A stretch of 64,000 bases of DNA from Abditibacterium sp. (GTDB taxonomy: Bacteria > Armatimonadota > Abditibacteriia > Abditibacteriales > Abditibacteriaceae), in assembly GCA_965246885.1 (NCBI GenBank), contig OZ251992.1, positions 352,001-416,000 of the forward strand, read 5' to 3'. The notes beneath the pieces were generated by a model that was not told the DNA's origin, made no database searches, and saw only the letters and a program-made list of their open reading frames with translations. Numbering within the stretch: the first letter of the stretch is position 1; each line of letters starts with the position of its first letter. The position numbers and the translations under genes are program-made. Below, one piece after another: positions 17,828 through 26,778 of this stretch.

Positions 17828-19111
17828 TCAGTGGTCGTCGGGCGAAGCGGCGAGCGAATCTATCAACTGCTTTTTCCACGCGGCGCGCTGGCTTTGATAA
17901 GCCGCTTCGTCCACTTGGCCCGCCTCGAAAGCGTCGTCGAGATCGGCCAAGTGTTGCACCAACTCGCGGCTGTCGGGCGTAAGAGTCGGTGCGACCGCGA
18001 AGCCGTTGAGCGGGGCAAAGCCCGCGTTTTCGGCGCCGCGCGCGGAAGTGTGCGAAGAAACGCTTGCACCCGTGCGGCGTTCCGCCCGTTTTGGTTTGAG
18101 TAGCGCAACGGGCAAGAACAAACACAGCGCGCCGACCAACCCCGCGAAGCCCCAGAACAGCCCCGACACGGGCCGCGACACCTTCACGTCGAGCATCTCG
18201 CCCGCCGGAACCCCCGCCGCGTCGCCGTTGGGCGCGCCAACCGCGTTCACCAAGCGCGTTTCGGTTTTGCCGTCAACGGGCAGGTTCATCGGCGCTTCGG
18301 CGCCCAGTTGCGGAGCCGAGACTTGCAACTCCTTGTCGTCGGTCTGGCGGGCCACAAAGAAGAACTTGGTCGGGTTGGTCGCTTCGCGCGACAAATCTAC
18401 CGTCTTGCCCCAAGGCAATTTAGAAGGCCAGTCCATATCGTAGGAGAAGATGACGGCGTTGAACTGCCTCGGCTCTCCGTAGGCGCTGGGCACGATGGGC
18501 TTGACAATGCCCCAACCATCGTTAGTTTGCACCATCTGGGCGTTGACCTTGGGGTCAATCTTGACGTTGCGGGCGCCCTTGGGCACGTTGAGCATCACGG
18601 AGACATGGCGCGGGCCAAAGCCAAGGTAGGTGAGGTTAGAGGGGTTCTCGACGACGATGCGCTCGATGACGTGCAAGCCGGTCGGGGTGGACTTGATGGC
18701 CAAGTGGTGCACTTGGAAATCAAGGGGAGCGGCGTTGGGCTGCGTGGTGGTGTCGAAGACGAGCAACTCCACCTTTTGCGGGTTGACGTTGAGGCCGAGT
18801 TGCTTGAGGTTGCCCGCGCCGTCGTAAGCGACGGTAGTGTAATCGTAGCCGCCGTGCGGAATGTTGGCGAACAGCAGATCGCTTTTGCCCAGTTCGCGCG
18901 GCGCAAAGCGGAAGCGCCCCCCCGCGTCGGTGGTGGTGGTGTCCACGACGGTTTTGGCTTTCCCGTCGGGCGTTTGGATAAGCTGCACCGGCGCACCGGG
19001 CAGCAGGGCGTTTTTATGCGAGCCGTCGCGCGCAATGCCGGAAATTGCGACCGGCGCGGCAGAGGCGATGGAGACGCTTAATAGAAGGGCGGTGAGAAGT
19101 TGGAATTTCAT
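17828..19111 (-). CDS. Secreted/membrane protein with carboxypeptidase-regulatory-like N-domain, C-terminal TM and CcmI/SHOCT-like tail
   Basis: Signal peptide; TTTDAGGRFRF; TM FWGFAGLVGALCLFL; LADLDDAFEAGQVDEAAYQSQR. Confidence 0.65.
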   Translation of the reverse strand: MKFQLLTALLLSVSIASAAPVAISGIARDGSHKNALLPGAPVQLIQTPDGKAKTVVDTTTTDAGGRFRFAPRELGKSDLLFANIPHGGYDYTTVAYDGAGNLKQLGLNVNPQKVELLVFDTTTQPNAAPLDFQVHHLAIKSTPTGLHVIERIVVENPSNLTYLGFGPRHVSVMLNVPKGARNVKIDPKVNAQMVQTNDGWGIVKPIVPSAYGEPRQFNAVIFSYDMDWPSKLPWGKTVDLSREATNPTKFFFVARQTDDKELQVSAPQLGAEAPMNLPVDGKTETRLVNAVGAPNGDAAGVPAGEMLDVKVSRPVSGLFWGFAGLVGALCLFLPVALLKPKRAERRTGASVSSHTSARGAENAGFAPLNGFAVAPTLTPDSRELVQHLADLDDAFEAGQVDEAAYQSQRAAWKKQLIDSLAASPDDH

Positions 19112-19112
19112 A

Positions 19113-19451
19113 TCAATCAGGGGAGGCCCCCCGTTTGCGCCGCTCCCGCGCGACCCAAATCTCCGCTTCCGCCGCCAAGTCAGCGCGGCGCGCGCGGCGG
19201 AAGTTCCAGATGAGGCGCTCGACGTTGAGGAGCGGCGGAAGTGCGGACGGCGCGGCTTGTTCGAGGAGCAAGCGGCGCCCTTGCCATTCGGCGTCGTCTA
19301 TTTTTTCGAGGTCGCGGTCGAGGTCGAGTTCCTCGACGCCGGGAACATAATCGGTTGAGCGCAGTTCGCGCTTGGATTCACCCGCCCACAAGGGCATGAG
19401 GATATACGCGAGCGCGGCGAGGCCGAGCAATAGGGGAAGCAGAACGGTCAC
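19113..19451 (-). CDS. Small CcmI-like membrane protein
   Basis: GTGA overlap with ccmF stop; TM then EELDLDRDLEKIDDAEW. Confidence 0.6.
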   Translation of the reverse strand: MTVLLPLLLGLAALAYILMPLWAGESKRELRSTDYVPGVEELDLDRDLEKIDDAEWQGRRLLLEQAAPSALPPLLNVERLIWNFRRARRADLAAEAEIWVARERRKRGASPD

Positions 19452-21541
19452 GCGACCAACTCCCGTTCGCGCTCGGCTTTGGGCGCGGAGATGGCGGCGC
19501 GGCGGGCCGGGTCGCGGCGCGGCGGGATGAAAGCGACGAGGGTGCCGATGATGAAGAACGCTTGCGAGACCCAAATCCACATCACGAGCGGGTTCATATA
19601 CGCCTTGATGGACGCGGTGTTGTCTTTGGTATCGAAGCCGTCCAAGACGAGATATAGGTCGTTGGCGGGCGTCGAGCGGATGGCGGGGCGCCGCGCCGAC
19701 TGGCCTGCTTCGTCCTGCGTTTGTGGGTTGGCCGCCGTTGCCGCCGCGAAGAAGTCAATCTTGGGGCGCATCGGCGCGTCGTTGGCCGTCACTTGGCCGT
19801 TCGCGTCGAAGACGGTCACGCGCGCAGTGATTTGGTCGCGCAGGTGCTCCTCCAACTTGGCGGGCCGCTCCAAGCCGTCGAAGCGCAAGACGTATTCCGA
19901 GTCGCGGTTAGAATCCTTAACGCGCATCTGCTCGCCTTTGTGGAGCAAGATGGAGGGCGTCTCGACTTTGAACATGGAGCTGCCGGTGAGTCCAACGAAC
20001 ATGACGGCGACGCCCAAGTGCACGATGTAGCCGCCGTAGCGCGCGGGATTAAATGAGATAAGGTCGGCTCCGGCATCCACGACAGAGGAGCCGCGCTTTT
20101 GGCGCAGAACGCGGACACCGCGCGCGAACTCCCAGCCAATCGCCAGAAACACGAAGAACGCGAGGGTAAACGCCGTCGCCGCTCCCGTCCGCCAGCGCCC
20201 TAAGTACCACAAGACCGGAGAGAACGCAATCGCCCACAGAACGGGGAACTTGAGCACGCGCCACGCCCCGGCCAGCGTCGTCTTCTTCCAAGCGAGAAGC
20301 GGGCCTACCCCGGTGAGCGCCAGAAGTGCCAAGCCCATCGGTGCAACGGTCGCGTTGAAGTAGTCCTTTGACACGTTTACCCGCACGTTGCCGAAAGACT
20401 GGGAAAGCGTCGGATACAGCGTGCCCAGCAACACCGCGAGCGTGCAGCCAAGCAGCAGGTAGTTGTTGAGCATGAACGCGCCCTCGCGCGAGAGCGCCGA
20501 TTCGATGCGCGCGTCGCTCGTAAGTTCCGCGCGGCGCCAGTAAATCAGCGCCATCGCCGCCACGAGCATGAAGCCCAAGAACCACAGGAAGTAGGTGCCG
20601 ATGTTCGACTCGGCGAAAGCGTGCACGCTTTGCACGACGCCCGACCGCGTGAGGAAGGTGCCGAACACCGACAGCAAAAAGGTCAGCGTCACGAGCGCGA
20701 TGTTCCAGTTCTTGAGCAGGCCGCGCCGCCCTTGCAGCATGATGGAGTGCAAAAACGCCGTCGCGCACAGCCAAGGCATCAGGCTCGCGTTTTCGACGGG
20801 ATCCCACGCCCAGTAACCGCCCCAACCCAGCGTCTCATACGCCCACACGCCGCCCAACACGATGCCGACGGTCAGCACAATCCAAGTGAACAGCACCCAG
20901 CGCCGGATAAGAGTTACCCAAATCTCATCGAACTTGCGGTGAAACAGCGCCGCGACCGCAAAAGCGAACGGCACGGTGCAACCGACATAGCCCGTATACA
21001 GCGTGGGTGGGTGAATCTGCATCCAATAGTTTTGAAGCAGGGGATTCATGCCGCGCCCATCGGCGGGGATTTGCTCCATAACCACCCAAGGCGACGCCGC
21101 GAACGCGACCAACCCCGCGAAAAAGAGCGTCACGAGCGCGATAACCGAAGTGGCGATGGGTGAGAGTTCCTGCCCCGACCGCCGCCCGCCCTTGGACACC
21201 AAGATGCCATACGTCGCTAAGACAAACGTCCACAAAAGGAGGGAGCCGCCCTGCCCGCCCCACAGCGCGGAGATTTTAAAGGGGAGCGGTTGTGCCTTGG
21301 AGGAATTCTCGGCGACATAGGCGAGCGCGAAGTTGTTCGTCAGAAACGCAAATATCAACAAGGCGCACGCCGACGCGATAAAGGCCCACGTCACGAACGA
21401 AGCGTTGTGCGCCGCTTCGAGCCACGCCGCCCGCTTGGGAGCGGCGCGCGGGTGATACGACCACGCCGTCGCGCCGATGTTCAGCGCGCAACCGAGCATC
21501 GCCAGCAGAATGAGCCAATGCCCCAAGGAAGCTAAAAGCAT
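19448..21541 (-). CDS. ccmF: Cytochrome c-type biogenesis heme lyase CcmF
   Basis: LWGGQGGSLLLW, GMNPLLQ, IHPP, WAYETLGWGGYWAWDPVEN, LTRSGVVQSVHAF. Confidence 0.96.
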   Translation of the reverse strand: MLLASLGHWLILLAMLGCALNIGATAWSYHPRAAPKRAAWLEAAHNASFVTWAFIASACALLIFAFLTNNFALAYVAENSSKAQPLPFKISALWGGQGGSLLLWTFVLATYGILVSKGGRRSGQELSPIATSVIALVTLFFAGLVAFAASPWVVMEQIPADGRGMNPLLQNYWMQIHPPTLYTGYVGCTVPFAFAVAALFHRKFDEIWVTLIRRWVLFTWIVLTVGIVLGGVWAYETLGWGGYWAWDPVENASLMPWLCATAFLHSIMLQGRRGLLKNWNIALVTLTFLLSVFGTFLTRSGVVQSVHAFAESNIGTYFLWFLGFMLVAAMALIYWRRAELTSDARIESALSREGAFMLNNYLLLGCTLAVLLGTLYPTLSQSFGNVRVNVSKDYFNATVAPMGLALLALTGVGPLLAWKKTTLAGAWRVLKFPVLWAIAFSPVLWYLGRWRTGAATAFTLAFFVFLAIGWEFARGVRVLRQKRGSSVVDAGADLISFNPARYGGYIVHLGVAVMFVGLTGSSMFKVETPSILLHKGEQMRVKDSNRDSEYVLRFDGLERPAKLEEHLRDQITARVTVFDANGQVTANDAPMRPKIDFFAAATAANPQTQDEAGQSARRPAIRSTPANDLYLVLDGFDTKDNTASIKAYMNPLVMWIWVSQAFFIIGTLVAFIPPRRDPARRAAISAPKAERERELVA

Positions 21542-21632
21542 GAGAAAAAGGATTGATAGAAGAAACGCCAAAGGAGCGACGCCGCGCCGCTCCTCTTCTT
21601 ATGGGTTCAAACCGGGCGGTCACATCGCCCGC

Positions 21633-22088
21633 TCACGACGACGGCGCGCTCACCATCTTCCCTTGCACCGCCCCGCCGCCCTCGCCCGCTTTGTATTTGG
21701 AGGGGCACTTGGTGAGCACGTGCTCTGCCCGCAGCACTCCGGGCGCGATGTAAGTGCCGTCTATTTGCACCGGCCCACCCGCGCGGAACGAATCGGGGAG
21801 CGCGTCGGTATACGACACGGCGACGGCAACCTTGCCTTCAACGACCTGAAAGTGCGACTCGCGCACCACACCGTCGGGCGTTTGGCGCGGCACGAACTGG
21901 ACGGGCGCCTTCCCGACGAAGCCCACCACGCGCAAATGGCGCCCGACGAACGAATCGCCCCCGCCATCCTTGGCGCGTAGCTGCGCGACCGGCACGTTTT
22001 GCGACGTGCCGCTCTGGAGCGACGACACCACCAAAAACCCCATCGCCGCCAAGATGAGCGCGCCACCCGCGAAAAGCCGTGTTTGCAT
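21633..22088 (-). CDS. ccmE: Heme chaperone CcmE, CxxxY type
   Basis: N-terminal TM, LPDSFRAG, VLTKCPSKY. Confidence 0.9.
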   Translation of the reverse strand: MQTRLFAGGALILAAMGFLVVSSLQSGTSQNVPVAQLRAKDGGGDSFVGRHLRVVGFVGKAPVQFVPRQTPDGVVRESHFQVVEGKVAVAVSYTDALPDSFRAGGPVQIDGTYIAPGVLRAEHVLTKCPSKYKAGEGGGAVQGKMVSAPSS

Positions 22089-22208
22089 AGGAAGTTGGAC
22101 GCTTAGTTTAAGGCGCCATTGCGCGCGAAATCGAAAAGATTGCCAAGCGCAGCGCAGTTGATTCGCGCCCCGGTGCGCACAGTCGCGGGATGGGGCACAC
22201 TTCCCTCC

Positions 22209-22817
22209 ATGACAACGACTTTAGCGAGCGCCCCCACTTTCGAGGAGACGCACCGCCTGAAATGGACGCGCGACACGTTCCACCGCGCGTGGGAGATGGG
22301 GCTGTTTGGCGAGGGCCGCGTTGAACTGGTCTACGGGGAAGTCATCGAAATCATGTCAATGAGTCCACCACACGCGCTTGTCCTTCGGCTCTTGCGCGGC
22401 GCTCTTTTGCAAATCTACGGCATCGGCCCCAGCTACATCGTGGACAGCCAGATGCCGTTTTTGGCCGCTAACGAATCCCAACCGGAGCCGGACTTGGCGG
22501 TTTACGTTGGCTCGCCCTTCAACTACGAGGGCACCCACCCCGGCGAAGCGCTACTTTTGGTCGAAGTCTCCGACGCTACGCTCACCTACGACTTGGGCAC
22601 CAAGGCGCGCTTATATGCCCAAAGCGGCGTGCCGGAATACTGGGTCGCCGACCTGAGCGCGGGGCTACTCCACGTCCATCGTTCTCCACTCGCCTCGCCC
22701 GCCTTCGAGGGCGGCTACAGATACCAAAGCATCACCCGCCTGACGCGCGCCGATTCCGTCCCACTCCCCGGCACCGCCGCATCTTTGCTTGTAGGCGACG
22801 TGCTACCCGCCCTTTGA
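22209..22817 (+). CDS. Uma2 family (PD-(D/E)xK) putative endonuclease
   Basis: RVELVYGEV, PEPDLAV, LLVEVSD, KARLYAQSGVPEYW. Confidence 0.92.
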   Translation: MTTTLASAPTFEETHRLKWTRDTFHRAWEMGLFGEGRVELVYGEVIEIMSMSPPHALVLRLLRGALLQIYGIGPSYIVDSQMPFLAANESQPEPDLAVYVGSPFNYEGTHPGEALLLVEVSDATLTYDLGTKARLYAQSGVPEYWVADLSAGLLHVHRSPLASPAFEGGYRYQSITRLTRADSVPLPGTAASLLVGDVLPAL

Positions 22818-22819
22818 GG

Positions 22820-24700
22820 CTACATCCCTACCAAGCGCGAGGGGCGGATGCGAAAGAACAGTTGAAACCCGGTATGCCGCGTGCCGCCGTAGATGCCGCT
22901 TAAAGAAGCGGGGTTCTGGTCGAAGGTTGCTTGCGCGCCGATGCCGACATCTAAGCCTTGGCCGTGCTTCACGTCATGGACGAAGCCCACCGCGAGCGAG
23001 TTGACCGGGAACAGCTGGTCTTGGAAGTTGGCAGGGGGCAACACTAACTCCCCACCCGACTTCTGGACGCGCTCGAAGCGCCCGTAGACCGTGTCCGCGC
23101 CGCGCTGCACGTTCGACTCGAACAGGAACGAGTTGGACGCGCCCCCGCCGAATAGAGCGCGCGAGTCGTTGTTGCGCCCGAAAACGAAGGAGTTCGCCCA
23201 GTTCGCGTCGCGTCCCAACGGGCGGTTGTAGATAAGCGAAGCCGTCGTCCGCCCGCGCCTCGTGACTTCCGGGTCGGCGGGTTCGGGGCGGCGGAGCGAG
23301 CCATACGAGACTTGCAGCGCCAGATCGCGCGTCGGGTTCCACGAGGCGCGGCCCGCAAAGGAGTCGAGGCGCGGCGTGTCGAAGGAATAACGGTTCTCGT
23401 TCGGCTCTTCGCCTTTGAAGGCGCTGCCTTCCAGCTTAAACTTGCCCGTCGAAAAGCCCGCCGTCAGCACGCCAAAGGTGATGTGCGTCGAGTCCTGCCA
23501 ATGATGGCCGAGCGGCGCGTCGGGGTTGTCCATCGCTGACAGGCGGTGCATAAACGCGGGCGGGCCAAGCGCCGGTTCGCCGGGGTAGCCGACATATAAG
23601 GAGAGCGAGTTGGTCTTCCCCACGCGCCGTGAGTAGGTCGCCGACAGTTCGGACACGAGGTCGTGCGGGTGCTGGCGGTCGTGAATCGGGCGGTTGCGAT
23701 ACGACTCGCCGCTTTGATAAAGGAGCGGATAGCCGCTTCCGCCTTCCAAGATGGGGTCGAGCGACAGCATGACGTGAGCGCCGACCTGCCCATTCTTGCC
23801 GAAGGGTTTCGACGCCATGCCCATGAACATCGAGGGCGCATCGAAGCGGGAGCGCGTGTCGAACGAGGGCTGGCGCCCGCTCCCAATACGGGTGTAACGC
23901 GGAAAGATGTCGCCGTGCAGCATCAGCATGGTGTCCCCGCGCATCTTCATCGCCGCATAAAGCGGCGACGAATCGGGAACCCAAGAAGTGCCCGAACTTT
24001 CGCGCGCCATCGGGTCATTCAAGTCCACCGAGGAGCGCATATTCATCGCGCCCATCTTCATACCGCGCATATCCATCGCGCCCATCTTCATACCGCCCAT
24101 GTCGCCGTCTGGCGCGGGCGAAGCGGGGGGCGAAGCGGGCGCGGCGCCGACGGCAACCGTGCCAACCATGCCGCCTTTGGCGTGGCCGCGCACGGAGCAA
24201 AAATAGGTGAAGGAGCCAACAGCCGAAGCGTGCAGGGTTATCTCTTCGGCGTTATATTTCCCCTCGTCGCCGTGCGCGATTTTGGCGGTGCCGGGCGCGT
24301 CCTTCACATCGGGCGCGATGGGGAAGGGCAACTTCGGGGAACCGAAGTGGATGTCGTGGAACATGTCGCCGTCGGTGTTGACGAACAGAACGGTCAGCGT
24401 CGCGTCTTTGGGCACGACGAGCGCCGGGTTGCGAAGTCCCGCGATACGGTAGGACAGCATGTCGTCTTCCGGCCCGGTCGTCACCACGAGGCGAACTCTG
24501 GCGGTTTGAAAGGTGAGGGTCTTGCCATCGGCGGAAGCGTCGCCGGGGGTAGCTTCGCCTTGCAAGCGGGCGAGATCGGTGGCGGCGATAGTTTTGGCCG
24601 TGCGGTCTTGGAGTTGAAAAGGAGCCGTCGCGCCGTTTTGGGCGAAGGCAGGGATGGAACAAAGGGTCGCGGCGAGGGCGACAAACGGGAGTTTTTGCAT
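22820..24700 (-). CDS. Secreted fusion: rusticyanin-like cupredoxin, Met-rich linker, putative outer-membrane beta-barrel
   Basis: Signal peptide ending AFA; MFHDIHF and YFCSVRGHAKGGM (C-x4-H-x4-M); two GMKMGAM repeats; SGTSWVPDSSP, DRQHPHDL, GHHWQDSTHI; alternating beta-strand pattern to the C-terminus. Confidence 0.75.
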   Translation of the reverse strand: MQKLPFVALAATLCSIPAFAQNGATAPFQLQDRTAKTIAATDLARLQGEATPGDASADGKTLTFQTARVRLVVTTGPEDDMLSYRIAGLRNPALVVPKDATLTVLFVNTDGDMFHDIHFGSPKLPFPIAPDVKDAPGTAKIAHGDEGKYNAEEITLHASAVGSFTYFCSVRGHAKGGMVGTVAVGAAPASPPASPAPDGDMGGMKMGAMDMRGMKMGAMNMRSSVDLNDPMARESSGTSWVPDSSPLYAAMKMRGDTMLMLHGDIFPRYTRIGSGRQPSFDTRSRFDAPSMFMGMASKPFGKNGQVGAHVMLSLDPILEGGSGYPLLYQSGESYRNRPIHDRQHPHDLVSELSATYSRRVGKTNSLSLYVGYPGEPALGPPAFMHRLSAMDNPDAPLGHHWQDSTHITFGVLTAGFSTGKFKLEGSAFKGEEPNENRYSFDTPRLDSFAGRASWNPTRDLALQVSYGSLRRPEPADPEVTRRGRTTASLIYNRPLGRDANWANSFVFGRNNDSRALFGGGASNSFLFESNVQRGADTVYGRFERVQKSGGELVLPPANFQDQLFPVNSLAVGFVHDVKHGQGLDVGIGAQATFDQNPASLSGIYGGTRHTGFQLFFRIRPSRLVGM

Positions 24701-24786
24701 GGTAACTGGGTTTGGGAAGCGCGCAAAAGGCACGCGGACGCCCGCTCAAGGGAAGCCCAGAGCGGAAAGGTCATCGGGACAAACAG

Positions 24787-25224
24787 TTACAATGCGGGTG
24801 GGCCGCGCGGAGGGGTCTGAGAATCGAAGAGTAACGGCGGCGGTCGCTTGGGTGCGGTCGCGTACATGACGCGCGACGTCGGGAACTGCCGCGCCGTCCA
24901 AACCGGCGCCGCGACGGGCAAAGCGAGGTGGAACGACGACGTCCCCGCCGCTTCTTTAACCGGCACAAATGGGGCGGGATGCGAGCGCAAGCAACCGCAC
25001 GTCGCGCCCGCGACTTTGCCCTTGAACGCCGCTCTGTGAGCGCACATCGGGCACGCCGGTTCTTTGACAACTCGGACGCAACGCGGACAATGCGCCGCCA
25101 AAGCGTGGGCTGTTGGCGATAGAGCCGCACCCCCGCCGAAGACGAGCGATGGTAGCACCATCATCCAGATGGAAAGCAACGCGAGTAGCGCGTCCACTCG
25201 CAGGCGGCGCGGCGGCGGGGGCAT
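24787..25224 (-). CDS. Cys-rich leader ORF (DUF2946/CruR/CutF-like) with C-terminal RGPP motif
   Basis: Hydrophobic N-terminus, CPRC, CPMC, CGC, ends PPRGPPAL; 86 nt upstream of the cupredoxin fusion on the same strand. Confidence 0.72.
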   Translation of the reverse strand: MPPPPRRLRVDALLALLSIWMMVLPSLVFGGGAALSPTAHALAAHCPRCVRVVKEPACPMCAHRAAFKGKVAGATCGCLRSHPAPFVPVKEAAGTSSFHLALPVAAPVWTARQFPTSRVMYATAPKRPPPLLFDSQTPPRGPPAL

Positions 25225-25366
25225 ATCGAACACCTTTCAAACGCGCATGGGGGCGCTCTGTTCCCTGTCCGGGGTTATCCCTCTTCATCGCGGCGCCGAA
25301 GTTGCAATTTCTCTGACACCCGCGCCGCACGGCTAAACTCGGCGCTCTTGGGCTTGGCCCTTCTTT

Positions 25367-25747
25367 ATGGACAACAACATTCCCCACTGGGTTGCGGTGG
25401 CCGTCGGCCTCGCCAGCGTCATTCAGATCTTTACGGCGCTTGTGGCGCTTGTTTTGGGTGTCATCGTCATCGTGATTCTGCTTCAAATCAAGAATCAACT
25501 GACGCAGGACATCGTGCCGACGGTCGCCTCGACGCTTCGCAACGTCGAGAAAATCAGCGTGGACGCCGCCGCCACCACCCACAACGTGACCGGCGCGGCC
25601 AACCGCGTCTCGAACCTCATCGGCAACGCCGCCAACCGCATGGAATCGCCCATCATCCGCATCGTCGGCGTCGCCAGTGGCCTCATCGCGGCGGGCCGCT
25701 CCGTGAGCGGGAAAAAGAACGACAAAAAGCGGAAGAAACTCTTTTAG
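25367..25747 (+). CDS. DUF948/YoxC-like membrane protein
   Basis: N-terminal TM helix followed by heptad-like amphipathic helix and basic tail; paired with YtxH-like gene. Confidence 0.6.
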   Translation: MDNNIPHWVAVAVGLASVIQIFTALVALVLGVIVIVILLQIKNQLTQDIVPTVASTLRNVEKISVDAAATTHNVTGAANRVSNLIGNAANRMESPIIRIVGVASGLIAAGRSVSGKKNDKKRKKLF

Positions 25748-25810
25748 GGTTTGGGATGCGGGGTTTGGGTTCTAAACCCTCAATCCTAAACCCGAAATCC
25801 CACACCCGCA
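25744..25810. repeat. Heptamer-periodic G-rich/C-rich hairpin element (STRR-like), second copy
   Basis: ttagggt-ttgggat-gcggggt-ttgggtt ... accctca-atcctaa-acccgaa-atcccac. Confidence 0.65.
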
Positions 25811-25816
25811 GCTACT

Positions 25817-26365
25817 ATGGCACAAATCATTGAAACGCCCGACAAAATCGTGGTCGTCACGGGAACGCCGTTCAGTTCGGGCGTGCGCTTGCTCGTTGTC
25901 GGCGCGCTCATGGGCGCGGGCGGGATGTATTATTTCCTGACGAAAGGGCAACCGCAAAAGAAGTTCAAACCGGCGCGCGCCCTGCTGGTGAACCCCGTCA
26001 AGCGCCGGGGTCAGGCGGTTTTAGATGCGGGGCAAGCGAAGTTAGACGACGTGACGGACACCGTTTCGGGCGCCGCTTCGGACGTTCAAGACCGCATGGA
26101 GGACGCGGGCGAAGCGCTCGAAGAACGGGCCAAGAAGTTGCTCGGTCGCATCAAAACGCTCGCCGTCAAAGCCAAAGATTTGGCGCAAACGACGGGCACG
26201 GCGCTCAAGCCGCACCTGCAAGAGGCCATCGAAGAAGGCAAACGTGCCGCCGCCGAAGCACAAGCGCGCCTCAAGCAAGACGTGACGCGCGCCGGAGACC
26301 GCCCCGCCTTGGCCGAGGAAGACGGAGAACTCCCGTCGCAAAAGCCCGATAAACACATCGAATAG
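25817..26365 (+). CDS. YtxH-like membrane-anchored helical protein
   Basis: LLVVGALMGAGGMYYFL segment; LQEAIEEGKRAA helical C-terminus. Confidence 0.6.
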   Translation: MAQIIETPDKIVVVTGTPFSSGVRLLVVGALMGAGGMYYFLTKGQPQKKFKPARALLVNPVKRRGQAVLDAGQAKLDDVTDTVSGAASDVQDRMEDAGEALEERAKKLLGRIKTLAVKAKDLAQTTGTALKPHLQEAIEEGKRAAAEAQARLKQDVTRAGDRPALAEEDGELPSQKPDKHIE

Positions 26366-26400
26366 ACGGCGTTCGTCCGCCCACCGCCTCCCCACACCGA

Positions 26401-26526
26401 AATCGGGGAGGAAATTACGCCATGCGGGGAGGCGGTAGTGCCGTGCGGGGAGGAATTCTTCCCGTGCGGGGAGGAAATCACGGGACGAGGGGAGGAAATC
26501 ATCGCGTGCGGGGAGGTATTTATCCC
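26401..26526. repeat. Six-unit 21-bp-period array, core GGGGAGG
   Basis: GGGGAGG at 26405, 26426, 26447, 26468, 26489, 26510. Confidence 0.9.
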
Positions 26527-26571
26527 ACGACGGACGGCGGCAGTCAGAGCACCGCCCTCGGTTGAGGATGG

Positions 26572-26778
26572 TCAGACCAACTTATCGTATTGCGCTTGGT
26601 AATCGGAGCCGACGCGCGCTGACCAGAGATTCAGCGTCTTGTTCACGCACTTGAAGTGCAAGGGGGCGTGGTAGGGGTCTTACCGAAGTAGGGCGAAATT
26701 CTTGTCGCCGAGCTTTTGCACTTCTTGCGGAAGCCTGCGATACAAGAACCAGAAGCGAGGCAGGGCGAAGTGTTTCAC
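26572..26778 (-). pseudogene. RelE/ParE-like toxin pseudogene
   Basis: GTG start overlaps antitoxin stop; VKHFALPRFWFLYRRLPQEVQKLGDKNFALLR*DPYHAPLHFK...WSARVG; in-frame TAA at 26680-26682. Confidence 0.75.

Noticed and set aside
4703..26526. 21-bp arrays as CRISPR arrays
   Set aside because: Constant parts are only about 7-16 bp and variable parts about 5-14 bp, far below CRISPR repeat/spacer sizes; no cas genes in the window.
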